Shown here: piece after piece, positions 35,779 to 51,897 of the stretch
Layout: each line of letters opens with the position of its first letter
How positions within the stretch are numbered: position 1 is the stretch's first letter
DNA from: the human T2T-CHM13v2.0 reference genome, Homo sapiens
NCBI RefSeq assembly: GCF_009914755.1
Contig: NC_060925.1
Strand: one strand, 5' to 3'
Length of the DNA stretch: 64,000 nucleotides
The notes under the pieces: model-generated
Told to the model about the DNA's origin: nothing
The model's database searches: none
What the model saw: the letters and a program-made list of their open reading frames with translations, nothing else
Made by a program: the position numbers and the translations under genes

Positions 35779-35957
35779 GTACCTGGTCTCACTGGGCTGC
35801 ATCAAACCCCTATGTGACTTGCTGACTGTAATGGATTCGAAGATTGTGCAAGTGGCCCTCAATGGACTGGAGAACATCCTGCGGCTTGGAGAGCAAGAGG
35901 GCAAGCGCAGTGGCTCAGGGGTCAATCCTTATTGTGGCCTCATAGAGGAAGCCTATG
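35779..35957 (+). CDS. KPNA6: Importin alpha-7 exon 13 ([15 protein letters not shown]...GLIEEAY)
   Basis: ccctag / ATG|gtatgt; 179 nt; ends in phase 1. Confidence 0.97.
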
Positions 35958-36603
35958 GTATGTGCCCTCTCCTCAATCTAGGTCAGAACCTGAGACTGTA
36001 GGCCTCCAACGTGGTATACATATGTTGGTGGTGGCGGAGTGTGGGTTGGGAAGCATCCATAGCTTCCATGAGACTGATGTCTGTGTCTTCAGAACAGTTA
36101 AGAGCTCCTGCCCTAGCCAAGTTTCACCATCCACAGGGTTTCACACGTTACCATGAGTATAATCAGGATGTGCTGAGTAGCTGGGGTACAGCTAGGATTT
36201 GGATTTGGCTCATCTTTTGAGTTGAGAGTTGTCTCTCACCAGTTTCTTCTCCTTCTAAGGAGTGATAGGTCAGTTCTCTTTCTGATAGGCTGTACCTATA
36301 AGAGTGCTGGATTAACTCATCACTCATCCCTGAGAGGCTGATGATGTGCCCAGGTCATGCTTCTAGTTTAAAGCAGAATCAGGACTAGAACCTCTGTAAC
36401 TGACATTTTGGTCTCTTTCCTTTGGGATTCTGTAGTTTTGAGAAGAAATCTTAACTCTCCCCTTTCAGGTCCAAGAGTGATCTGATCATATGACTTGTGT
36501 TTGTAAGCACTAACATACCTCAGGGAAGGAAAAATAGGTAAATGTTTCACCTGCCCATAGAAAAGCACTCACACTTCCCTCTCCTTCCTTCTTACTACTG
36601 TAG

Positions 36604-36791
36604 GCTTGGATAAAATTGAGTTTCTCCAGAGCCACGAGAACCAGGAGATCTACCAGAAGGCCTTCGACCTCATTGAGCACTACTTTGGTGTAGAAGACGA
36701 TGATAGCAGCCTGGCTCCCCAAGTCGATGAAACGCAACAGCAGTTCATCTTCCAGCAGCCTGAGGCCCCCATGGAGGGCTTCCAGCTATAA
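36604..36791 (+). CDS. KPNA6: Importin alpha-7 terminal coding exon 14 ([28 protein letters not shown]...PMEGFQL*)
   Basis: ctgtag acceptor; TAA at 36789-36791; exon lengths plus 4 nt total 1611 nt = 536 aa. Confidence 0.97.
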
Positions 36792-39700
36792 TATCTGCCT
36801 CCAGGGAGGGGAGGGGATGGGAAGCACCACCAGCCAGCGGAAGAGCAGCCCTCTGGTGGGCGGGAAACCAGTGTCCCCACCATCAGCCACCACACACCTC
36901 TGCTGCCCTGGAGACTGTGCTCTTGACCTGCTCCGCCCCCTTCCCTGGAGGGAGCACCCTCTGGACAGACAGAACCATCTGAGGCTCACCTTTGGGTTTT
37001 GTGACAAGAAGGGGACGTGTTGGGTTTTTCTTCCTTACACTATATTTTGGCTGCACACATGTCTTTAACCCAGGAGCCCAGGGGTAGACAAAGGAGGACT
37101 AAGGTAATCAATTTGCACCTTTTTTTATTTTTATTTTTTTTCTTTTTTTCTTCAGTGGTGACTTCCTTCCCTTTATCTTTTTTCATTCTTCCCGGTCCTC
37201 TGCCCTGATCTGTGTAACTCTTATCTTGGGTACTTGAGCAGACGGTATATTCCAGAGGTGGGAGGTGGGAGGGGAAGGGAGAAATCCAAAACAAAGTGTT
37301 CTTGCTCTGACAGAATATTAATCTTGTACGCTTGGATTGAGTTATTTAATTTTTTTTTCTTTTGCACATTTTTCTTGTATTAAGATTGCTCTTCCCAAGA
37401 GCCACAAGTTCCTGGTTTTAGTAAACCCAGCTGCCTGCATTGCCTGGGACTAGAGGCTGGGGAGGCTACCATGAAACAAAGGTCCCTCCCTCCCTCTGAC
37501 TCTTTGCCCAGACCTCTTTAGTTTGGGGGATCCTCCTCACTCTCCTGAAGTGTCTCAAGTATACCAGTGGGAGTGCAGGGGAGGAGCACAGGCCTTCAGA
37601 TGGGGCTTCCCACGTGTAGCTACTGATCCCATATTTCCTACTCACCTTCCAAATGGTGCGACCCAACTTCATTTGTTTACTTGAAAATTCCCCCTCGAGG
37701 TTGAGAGAACCTCTGAGGTGGCTGTATTTTCTCCTAAGCTTGAGATAGGGGGCTGTGGTCCTTCCTTTCTCCTGAGGAGAAAGTCCTTGCTCTGGTGACC
37801 TGTAAGTTGCAGAGGAGGGTGGAGTGAGAGTGTCATGTATTGGGATAGTCAGGGATCCCTGCCTTTGGCCTTTCTTCTTCTTCTTCTTCCTCTTCCATAG
37901 TTGGATCATGTATATTTTACTTCTAAAGGAGAGAATGTCAAAAAGTTCTGTATTTTTTTATATTCTATATATTAGGTAGGTCAATCTTAATTGGTCTCAA
38001 GAGGAAGAACTGTCTGTCATTTCGGTAAGTAGGATACTGTGAGGAAGACCAAAAAGAGATATGGATGCTTCCTCGCTCAGGAGGCCTGAGCTTGGTCCTT
38101 TTCCTCTCTGCTTGGATTCTGGACCACCACCTGGGACCAACCTTCAGCTCTGGAACCTTCATAAAGCAGGTCAGCGTGGCCTGATTGTCCCAGGACCTGA
38201 AGGGAGCAAGGATGGCCTCAGGGCCTGGTGAAGTCTGCTACTCTGTCCTTACTGCTGAACATCCTGCTTGTATCAGGAAACTCAGAAGCAGTTTGCCTTG
38301 TCAAATTCAATCTCAATGGCCATTGTCCACATAACTGATCACCCATGGCTGCCTCTCCTATTATCTATTATCACTGAAACTTAGTAGCCTGCTTTTTTTT
38401 TTTTTTTTTTTAGAGCTATTGCGTATCTTCCCTGTTTGGGATCCTTGTACCTGGTTTGGGTTTTCCCTTCCTTGTGACAATTATAATCCAGATGCCTCTT
38501 CTTTCTGTTTGAATTACGGTAGTGCATTGCCTTAGTGGCTTGCCTGTGCCTCTGGGTGGATTACATATGATAGTAAAGCCCACCTGTTTGGATGGGAGTA
38601 GAGGAAGTTGGTGTAGACCAGCTGTGGAGCTGAAGGCACAGTCTGCCCCACCCCCACCTCCCCACTGTGGTTAGTCAGAGGCATCCTGCTCCAAGCTCTG
38701 CTTTTCCTTCCTCTGAAACAATGCCATTCTTGCTTCTATTGCTACACATCTCCTTCTGGCTCAGGTGAAATCCATGCCCTTCTGCTTATAGACCTAAAGT
38801 TCAGGTACTTATTATTGGCCATTGATCTTGAATTTGCCCTCTCCTAGTGCTGCAGTCCCACTTCAAAGCCATTTTCTGAGGAGGATGGTTTAGGTCTGGC
38901 AATTGTCCTTGAAAAATCCCACCCATGTTGTACCACCTTGGTGAGTCATATGCCACTCATCAGCTTGGGAATGATGGCTGCCAACTCCCAATCTCCCAGG
39001 AAGGCAGGGGGCAGAATCTTTTTTTCACTTGGCCTGCTACCTCCATTAAAAAACCATTCTCTTACAGTTTAAAAAAAAAAAAAAAAAAAAAGCCTTCCCC
39101 TACCCAACCTCCGCCCATTGTTCTCTTCCAAAGGGCAATTTAGTAGGATCTACTTTGTACATCTCAAGTAAGAGTTAAGTCCCTGATACAGGGACCAGTT
39201 TCTTAGTGTAAGACATACACATCCTGCTTGTCCAGCTGTTCCTCCAAAATCTACTTTGGCTTCAGCTCCGGGTCCTGTACCAGATGGAAAATGTTTTTGG
39301 TGATCTGGCTGCTGCTTAAAGCCAGTTTTCCCTAAGAACTCCAAAGGCTAAAGTCTACTAGGGGCAGAGTGTGAGGATAGATTTCTAATCAGAGAAAAGT
39401 GGCCTCCAGGAGCTTTCATTTATGTCTTCTCCAGACCAGGTTTTCCTGTTATCTTCCTTTAATCCCCTTTCAACCAACAGGTGAAGTTCTTCCAGCCCAC
39501 AGAGGTAGTAATATCATCTTTTCTATCTCCTCCTCTCCTTTGGCCATGTAATGAAGCAAAATATTATTTATTTAGCCCAGGCTTGAGAGCCACTGTTTGT
39601 GGACAGTCTTCATCTAGATTCCATACCCTGGCCTAGGCGAGGTAAGGCTCTCTGGTTATTGCCAGGATGGAGCCCCTCTACCCCAGTCTGCTGTAGGGAA

Positions 39701-40775
39701 TACCCTAATTAGTTGAGGCATGCTTTTGGAATCCTGGCATGTTGGCATATGGCTGGTCTATCCTTTTTAAGATCTCTGGTTGGGGGTATCTGGATATGGA
39801 TTAGGAGGGACAAGGAGCCTTTTTCTTGGCTAATGTTTTCCAATACTTTTTTGAATGGTGCCAGCCCCTCCAGGCATCCCACCCCCAAATCATCATCTTT
39901 AGTACTAACAGGGTGTCTGGTCTTAGAAGCCTCCCTTCAGATCCCAGCTGACCCTGGTGACTGCCTGGCCTTGATGTTGGCTGCAGCCTTCTGATAGAAC
40001 CACATGGATTCCACCCACAGCTGGCCAGGCTTGTTACATGGGTCAGGGAATACAAATGGCCCCCCCCCAGGGAGCAGGTGTTGGCCTCAGTTTTCAGGGA
40101 CCCTTGGTGTTGCTCCTTACCTAGAGCCCATTAATCTACCCCATCAACTCTCTGCCATGAAAGCCATCTTCCAGGAGCCCTGTTTTTTGGAGCTGAACTG
40201 CACAGATTATAGCTGCTATTGTACTTAAATAAGGGAGAGGAAAAGAAGGTTCTCAGGCACAGACTTTCTATTTTTCTCAAGCCAAACCAGTTTAAAATGT
40301 CTAGCAGAATGAACTGTATTTCCATTTCTTCATGTCTACCTGCCTTCCCCCCACACCCTAAAGTTGTACTTGTTTCTAGCAAACTAGAAGGAAAAGATAG
40401 GAAAGCCTGGCACTACTAACCTCACCTCTCATACACCTCTTTGAAGGCCCCAGCTCTTTTGTTCAGGCCTCTCTTCTCCCCTAGACTCACTCAGCTTGGT
40501 ATCCATCATCTTGAGCATTCTTCAGTAGATTCATCTAGGGTTCAGATTCCAGACTCTCAGCTGAAGACAGGGAGCCAATTTCCCCCAGGTCCCTGCAGGT
40601 AATCCAGGGACCCCATAGGGAGAACAGGCTGACTGGGGCATTAGGAATGTTTGTACCTCTCTGCTTCCCTGGCAGCCTGGGGAAGGGTGCAGGGCTCAGT
40701 GCGCTAAACCATGGTAAACATCTTCAATAGAACTACCCTAGAATTTAGTGAGTGTGAGACTGAGATATTGCTCAG

Positions 40776-40781
40776 AATAAA
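40776..40781 (+). terminator. Candidate proximal poly(A) signal AATAAA
   Basis: Canonical hexamer with U/GU-rich sequence ~50-85 nt downstream; ATTAAA also at 41042-41047. Confidence 0.5.
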
Positions 40782-41386
40782 TTTATTCCATAGCCATTTA
40801 GGATTGCATGTTCTGGACCAACCTTGTCCAGTATGTTTTCTGTTTGAGCTTTTTCATTCTTTTGTTAAGCCAACAAGTTGAGAATTTGGCCCTGCTGGGA
40901 TCCATGTAGTGGGCACTAGCTGCTCTTTGGCCAAGGCCTTCATAAATGATTCAGTCTCTCATTATCTGTCCTCTAGCCCCACACCCTGATTTAGACCGTG
41001 GCAAAGGAAGAACTTGAGGTCAAGACCAACCAAATCTGTGAATTAAAGCTGTTATTTTTTTCTCTGCAAGGGCGCTTTGCTTCAGGTCTGGGCTATGTGC
41101 AGAACCTAAGCAGGCTGTGAGAGTTAGAAGAGGCAGTATTACATGTTAGGCCCAGAACACCATGGGAAAAGGTTTATGTAGTGTATCTTAGTGGCCTGCC
41201 TAGCTGCCTCTGGGCCAGGCTGACTTCTGATGTCCACATTAGCTCGTACCTGAACCCTGTTGCTGAATGCCAGCCCTGTTCTCCTGTAACTATTATATAC
41301 GCCATGGCCTGGGGGGCATTGAAGGAAGTAAGCTCTCAGAGATCCTAACACTGGCTGGGAACCTCTGACTCAGAGCATGTCTTTAA

Positions 41387-42003
<617 letters not shown>

Positions 42004-42245
42004 GTCCACATCTTCATGAACCCTCAGACTCTGGAGTTGGGTGTCGGCTTTTTTAGCCAGCTTTTGTGGGAATTGCCTTTGACCTATTAAAGAAGGAAAG
42101 TGGGTAATGGAGTCCCAGCCACTCAAGAGACTGGATATCCCCCGAGAATGGCTTGGGTTACCAGCTATGGACCCTTGGAAGATGAATCTAATCCTTCTCA
42201 CTGGTTTTTCTTTGCAAATTCATTTGCTTTTATTTTTCTAATAAC

Positions 42246-42251
42246 AATAAA
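42246..42251 (+). terminator. Candidate poly(A) signal AATAAA
   Basis: Canonical hexamer preceded by a U-rich tract. Confidence 0.45.
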
Positions 42252-42438
42252 CTCTATTTTCCATGTTCTCAGGGCCCCTGGGTAGACAGACACAGCTTGA
42301 TTTCAGAGCAGACATAGGCGAAGAAAACATGGCATTGAGTGTGCTGAGTCCAGACAAATGTTATTTATATACACATCCAAATTTGAAGAGAAAATGTATT
42401 TCTTTAGGTTTCAAACACTGTAATAGATATAAAGCAAA

Positions 42439-42444
42439 AATAAA
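42439..42444 (+). terminator. Distal KPNA6 poly(A) signal AATAAA
   Basis: Hexamer with upstream TGTA motifs and downstream TTGTCTTCTTTGG element. Confidence 0.7.
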
Positions 42445-42579
42445 AACCTGTTGCAAAGTTCTAAATTGTCTTCTTTGGCTTGGAGTGACCCTAGACTGGA
42501 TTTGGGGGAAGAGAATGAGGAGGTGTTTAAATTTGTAGCTTAACAGTGGAAATAAGAGTTGTACCAACCTGCACCTGCT

Positions 42580-43760
<1,181 letters not shown>

Positions 43761-44124
43761 ACCACCTCTCCCTCACTCTGGCAGGTGCTAATATTGTTGC
43801 TATATATTGTTTATAGCAAAGGAGAAAGTAACTTGTTAACCTATGTTTCTGTCAATTATTCTTGCCTGTTCTCATTACCCAACTGGCCCCTCTAGGCTAT
43901 TGTTGACCCTTCTACTACATCCTCTATCCCTCACCCCATGCATACATTTTTATGTTCTTTATCTCACCTAGAACACCCTTGTTATATGGAAATCTATCAA
44001 GGCCTGATTTATATGGTGCCTTCTCAAGAGATTTCCAGAATGCTTTTCTAGAAATAATCAGGGCCTTGGTTTCAGGACATCTAGATTCCAACCTTTCTGA
44101 GCCTCAGTTCCATCATTATACTAA

Positions 44125-44250
44125 AAATTGAATATCTCTTATCCAACATGCTTGGGACCAGAAGTGTTTCCAATTTGGGATTTTCTCAAATTTTACCGGT
44201 TGAGCTTCCCCAATCTGAAAATCTGAAATCCAACATGCACGGCTCTGAAG
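44125..44250. mobile_element. Tigger4/Zombi (MER46-like) fragment
   Basis: TTATCCAACATGCTTGGGACCAGAAGTGTTTC ... AATCTGAAAATCTGAAATCCAACATGC. Confidence 0.7.
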
Positions 44251-44904
44251 TCTTTCACTGAGCCTTTGGGGGAAATATTTAACATCCTAACAGCCCTAAA
44301 CCAACGCTCAATTAGCACAACAGTTTACAATCTTCTCTACCCACAGCCTGATGCGAGGCTCTGGGACTAGACTATTTAGCCAACAGTTCTTGCAAAATTC
44401 ACTGACTTATAAGTAAATAGTAATTTCAACACCTCACTGCTAATGCTGTAACAACTCTGCAGACCTAGGGAGCAAGTACGGTTTGCAGAGCACTGGGAAG
44501 GCTCTGAAGTGACCTTTGAACTGGGCCTCAAAAAATTTTGGGTTTGGCAAAAGTCAAATCTCTTAGGCTTCAAATTCCAGGCACAAGGATTGTTGGGTTT
44601 GATTTCATTATCCAGAAGCAATGGGGATACAGAATTGTGATCTCATGTGTAGGGAACTGTGGGGGTTTTTTCTACTTTAACCCCAGTGAGACTTTGTAGA
44701 GTGTGGGGTAGAGAAAAGGCTCATGAATATGCCTGAAGCCTAACTCAGCACCTTTCTGAGGAACTGACTGCCAAAATGGTAATGGAGAGGGGAAAATATG
44801 ACCTACTTTCACAAGTTACCTTGACTGCCTCAGGGAAACCTGCTGTGGTAGTGTTTCTTCTGGGTGAAAGACCAGGTAATTACCTGGGTGCTGGTCTCAG
44901 ACTT

Positions 44905-45225
44905 ACCAGTTTTGAATCCCTGTTTTAACCACTCACTATCGATATGACCTTGGATAAGTTACCTAACCTTTCTCTTACTGTCCTTTTCCGTAAAATGGGG
45001 ATAACAGATAGTAGTTATTTCTATGAGTGGTTATGAGAACCAAGCTATTAGATAGCGGGAAAGCACACAGTAAGCGTTCAAGGAACTGCTATTGTTATTA
45101 AAAGCCTCCTTTGGAAGAAGGACATTGAGGCCCAGAGAGAGAACAGAACGTCCAGCCACACAGCAAATCCGTGATGAAGTTGGGACTGGAGTATGGGTCT
45201 CCTGAGTCTCAGCCCAGGACTCTAT
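44905..45225. mobile_element. Pair of MIR remnants upstream of the TXLNA promoter
   Basis: TGACCTTGGATAAGTTACCTAACCT..GTAAAATGGGGATAA (+) then TGAGGCCCAGAGAG..CACACAGC (-). Confidence 0.6.
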
Positions 45226-45609
45226 CCCTCTTCCCGAGTCCTCGGAGTTCCCGGATGGAGTCACATTTGTTCACGGCCAGGGAGGAAGGTTTGATGGAGG
45301 CCTGCAGGAAACAACAGCCAGGCGCAAGGCTTTGGGAGTTGAAGCATAGCTTCTGCGAGATAGAAACAAGGTTGACATGGGCACTCGTGCAGAATGACGG
45401 GCTCCTTTTGGACTCCCAGGACTACAGTCCCTTATGCACCTTGGGATCTGCGGCTAGCCCCTGCGTAAAGAGGGACGCGTAGTCTTTTCCCTGCCCCGCC
45501 CTGCCGGGGCGCCCGCCTCCGAGGCCGCCCTCGCTTCGTCCTTCCCAGCAAGCTCCGCGCCGGCGCCGGCTATTGATTGGCTGAGGCGGGAGCAGGCGGC
45601 TGGCCGGCA

Positions 45610-45673
45610 GCAGTTACTCGGGGTTTCCGGTGCGAGGCCAGAGGTGGGGAAGCCATCGGACGTCGGCGGTGAG
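45610..45673 (+). other. TXLNA: TXLNA non-coding exon 1 (5' end approximate)
   Basis: GAG|gtacgt donor at 45673/45674 just downstream of the CCAAT/ETS core promoter; no ATG in it. Confidence 0.65.
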
Positions 45674-46242
45674 GTACGTGCAGCGGCGGCCGGTGGGCGA
45701 GACTATTTGAGAGTGTGCGGGCCGGGATGTTCTCGGCCTGTGGGGAAATCACGCCAACTCCCCGCGTGGGCCGGGGGCTGTCTGGGGATATGCGCATGCG
45801 CGGGCGTGCCTCGCGGCTTGAGGGCGCGCGGGGCGTGGGTGGCTGCGCGCGCGGGGGGCGCACGTGGGGCCTGAGGGGCGGGGGCGGTGCCGGGAGTCCC
45901 GCCACGTCAGTCTCCGGCCCTGAGCCAATCCCGCGCCCGGCCTGCCGCGAGGGGGCCGGTTGTGCCGGGAAGTGGCTCCAGGGAGAAGAGGCCTCTTCCC
46001 TCACCCGCTGTGGGAGCTGCGCCCCGAAAGCCTGCCCCGGCACGTCGGGCTCTCCTGACCCGCCAAGACCAGAGAGCCGTTGGCGCCCTCCGCCCGGGCC
46101 TGCCGGTCCGTTTATTTTAAGAAGCTTTGTGCGCCTGCTGTGGGGATTTCTGATCCAGGCTGCGAAGAATTTCGAAGTCTGGAAAATAGCAACTGTGTTT
46201 GTTTCTAAAGGATCTTCTCCTGACCCAGCATCGCTCATCACA

Positions 46243-46411
46243 ATGAAGAACCAAGACAAAAAGAACGGGGCTGCCAAACAATCCAATCCAAAAAGCAGCC
46301 CAGGACAACCGGAAGCAGGACCCGAGGGAGCCCAGGAGCGGCCCAGCCAGGCGGCTCCTGCAGTAGAAGCAGAAGGTCCCGGCAGCAGCCAGGCTCCTCG
46401 GAAGCCGGAGG
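46243..46411 (+). CDS. TXLNA: Alpha-taxilin first coding exon (MKNQDKKNGAAKQSNPKSSPGQPEAG...RKPE); exon begins at 46211
   Basis: tttctaaag acceptor at 46210; ACAATGA start; GAG G|gtgtgt donor; recognised alpha-taxilin N-terminus. Confidence 0.95.
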
Positions 46412-47138
46412 GTGTGTGCCAGCTCTGCGTTGCCAGCGGGCAGGGGGAGGAGCTGTGGGGTCGGCCTCGCTTCTGGACTTACAGGCCGAGGCCAGGTTGT
46501 CCGGGAGGAGGAGATGTAGAATGAGAGGACAGTGCTGGGGGCCGCGGTCCCCCCTGCGCTCTGGCGAGTTGGCGGAGCTGCCCCCTCTAAGCACAGGAAC
46601 AGAGTTCTGGAGAGAAGCTCCGACGGGATTAAGTCAGGTGGCAGCCAAACGAGGCACCCAGTCAGGAAATCCAGGTCCCGTTAGAAACACCTCAGCCACC
46701 AGCAGCTAACTGCCCTTCCTGTTTGAGGCATTTCTAGAATGATCTGAATGGCAAGAAATGGTTTTGTGGGGGGGAAGGAGATGGACTAGAAGTTGCTCCG
46801 TGCCATCCCTGTGTGCTGATGCTTTACATACTTTTATGATCTAACAAATATGTTCGGGTGGTAGTGAGAAATAGTTGTGTCATTTTACAAGTAAACAGAC
46901 TTAAAGAAGTTAGGCAACGATTACTATAATTTCTTGATTTAAAAGATGTTTCGAATCTAAATTCTGACAGGAACTAGATTTGCTGAATGATACTCCATTC
47001 TTGCTTCTCAGTTTCCATAAAAAAAAAAGTTAGGCAACATTTAACTCAAACTGATGAGTTTGGCTGGGCCTGAAAAATCCCAACCAGTGGTATAATCGTC
47101 TTCTTTCTCACTCTACCCCTCATCCTCTCCTGCTGTAG

Positions 47139-47474
47139 GGGCTCAAGCCAGAACGGCTCAGTCTGGGGCCCTTCGTGATGTCTCTGAGGAGCTGAGCCGC
47201 CAACTGGAAGACATACTGAGCACATACTGTGTGGACAATAACCAGGGGGGCCCCGGCGAGGATGGGGCACAGGGTGAGCCGGCTGAACCCGAAGATGCAG
47301 AGAAGTCCCGGACCTATGTGGCAAGGAATGGGGAGCCTGAACCAACTCCAGTAGTCAATGGAGAGAAGGAACCCTCCAAGGGGGATCCAAACACAGAAGA
47401 GATCCGGCAGAGTGACGAGGTCGGAGACCGAGACCATCGAAGGCCACAGGAGAAGAAAAAAGCCAAGGGTTTGG
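47139..47474 (+). CDS. TXLNA: Alpha-taxilin exon 3 (GAQARTAQSGALRDVSEELSRQLEDILSTYC...KKKAKGL)
   Basis: ctgtag / TTG G|gtgagc; 336 nt. Confidence 0.96.
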
Positions 47475-47994
47475 GTGAGCAGAGGGCGGCTCTTTGTGAA
47501 GCTGGTGAGGAGAGGGAGTTTGGACTTGACGTTCTCTGGGCCAGTCTGTTCTGCCAGGATTCAAAGGAAAACGGTACTTCTCAGAGCAGCAAGTCACTCT
47601 AGTCTAATCAAAGCCAGGGATGTGGGGGCCACGGCATAGAGAGATGCAGGAGTTACCAGCACAAAGCCTTCTGGGTTTTGGAGCAACTGGAGCTTGGCAT
47701 GGGACCTGTTCTCTCTTTGAGAAAATGGAGACGGGAGGCTAGGGTAGGCTCCTGTGCCAGCCAGTACTACCTGCTGTGTGACCTTGGGTGTGTCCCTTCT
47801 CCTCTCTGGGTCTTAGTTTATATTTCTCTTTACAGTAAGAAAATTAGACTAGGCCAGAGTTGAAAACCCAAATATCTGCATAAGCTGGGCTGGCCATGGG
47901 GCCACCTGAAGATGGAGGCTTTACTGCTTCCTGATTAGTTGCTCTCAGCTAGCCAACTGAGAGCAGGCAAAACTACAGGCTGGGTGCAGTCAGG

Positions 47995-48025
<31 letters not shown>

Positions 48026-48276
48026 AGAAAAGCCAGAAATCTAGAGTTATGTGAGAACTCTAGATTTTTTCATAGTTAGCAGCTAAAATGGTAAGAGCCA
48101 AACAAAACCCATCCGTGGGTTGGATTTGGCACACATGCCTGCGAATTGCAGTCTCCATGCTGATCTCTTGGGCCCTTCTGGGGAGGCAGAGGGAAGGCTC
48201 CCTGACTCAGTCACAGGCAATGGGGAATAGGCAGTGACAGTCATTTTACAGCAGGGTATGTATGTTTAAGAGTCTA

Positions 48277-49936
<1,660 letters not shown>

Positions 49937-50424
49937 GAAAGTATCTTCATTTTAAAGTTCACTGTTTGGCTACTCTGTTGACAAGAGTTTAGTATTTCTC
50001 AAGGAGGCTAAGATACCTATTCCTTTTTGGATCCTACCTCTATCAGGAGGGTGGGCCTTCCTTGCATTGAAACAGTATGAAACAGTAGCCCTGAATTCAT
50101 AAGTGGGACACCTTTCTTCTATTGGTAGAGCAGGCAGTTTTTTTCTCCTGCCAATGGTGCCTACTAAGGAGATTTCACTAGGGTACAGTCGTTCATTTGA
50201 TAAGCATTTGTTGAGCATATCCTCTGTGATGGTACTATGGACAGTACTGGGGCTATAGTGAGGGCAGGATTGAGTTGGTCCTTATGGCAAGGAAGGCAGC
50301 TAATCAACAAGCAAAATATAAAGTATGATGGGGAGGGCTGTCTTCAGCACTCATGAGTGTGAGCCCAGGCCTGGAGGGGACACCTGGAGAAGAGGGTGCA
50401 TGTCTTTGCTCCTGTGCTTTTCAG

Positions 50425-50516
50425 GGAAGGAGATCACGTTGCTGATGCAGACATTGAATACTCTGAGTACCCCAGAGGAGAAGCTGGCTGCTCTGTGCAA
50501 GAAGTATGCTGAACTG
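50425..50516 (+). CDS. TXLNA: Alpha-taxilin exon 4 (GKEITLLMQTLNTLSTPEEKLAALCKKYAEL)
   Basis: tttcag / CTG|gtcagt; start of taxilin coiled coil. Confidence 0.96.
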
Positions 50517-51154
50517 GTCAGTTCCCCCCTCCGCGGGCACCTTCCCTGCGTTGGGAAAATCAGCATGCCACCTGGTGTAAGGTTGGGGGTGCAGAGTCAA
50601 GTAGGTGGCTTAATTCCTGTTCAGCTTTTCTCTGAACTATCTGTTAAATGGGGAATCACTTCCAGCCAGCCTCTTCAGGGCTGTGCAGCAAGAGGAGAAA
50701 CTGCATATTCCTTGAAAGAAATTTCTCAAAGAATGATTCCAAGGTGGTAGAGCCCTTGTTCCTGGCCTGAGTCCAAGACACCTTGTGATCTTGATGCTTC
50801 TTCCTCAAATACAGATGCATAGAGCCATTATCACAGTTAATAAAACTAACACTAGTCACTTGATACTTTTTCCTTTTACTCCAGAGCAGTCTTCTTGTCA
50901 CTGCCTCCTCATATTCCCCATGACATTGACTTTTAACAGAAACTAGACTAGCTGTCTTGTAGGATGCCCCCTTCTAGCTTTGTCATCTCTGTGGTATCAT
51001 TTTACTTCTTTACCTCCTGGTACATGTAAGTGAAGTAGAAGTTAGCTCTAAAGCTTGATCCAATTCAGCTTCAACTTTTTGACAAGAATTCTTCATAAGT
51101 ACTTCATGTTCCATCACAATAAATGCAAAGCATGCTCTTCCCACTTTGTTGTAA

Positions 51155-51897
<743 letters not shown>

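Larger units (their letters stand above)
45440..46630. promoter_or_regulatory. CpG island / TXLNA promoter
   Basis: Dense CpG; GC box ~45494; inverted CCAAT (GATTGG 45576); E2F-like GGCGGGA ~45585; ETS-like TTTCCGG ~45624; in intron 1 NRF1 TGCGCATGCGC 45791-45801, E-box CACGTG 45861, GC boxes ~45875, GCCACGTCA 45901, CCAAT ~45925. Confidence 0.9.

Noticed and set aside
36700-37068. 122-aa alternative-frame ORF overlapping the KPNA6 stop and 3'UTR
   Set aside because: Internal out-of-frame ATG deep in the last exon with low-complexity product; no plausible initiation route or frameshift signal seen.
38022-39647. Donor-like motifs in the KPNA6 3'UTR (TCG|gtaagt ~38025, GAG|gtaagg ~39642)
   Set aside because: No clearly paired acceptor and about the number expected by chance in 5.7 kb.
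45570-46286. 238-aa antisense ORF over the TXLNA CpG island
   Set aside because: Non-ATG start, Pro/Arg/Ala low complexity, no recognisable domain; expected from the scarcity of stops in GC-rich DNA.
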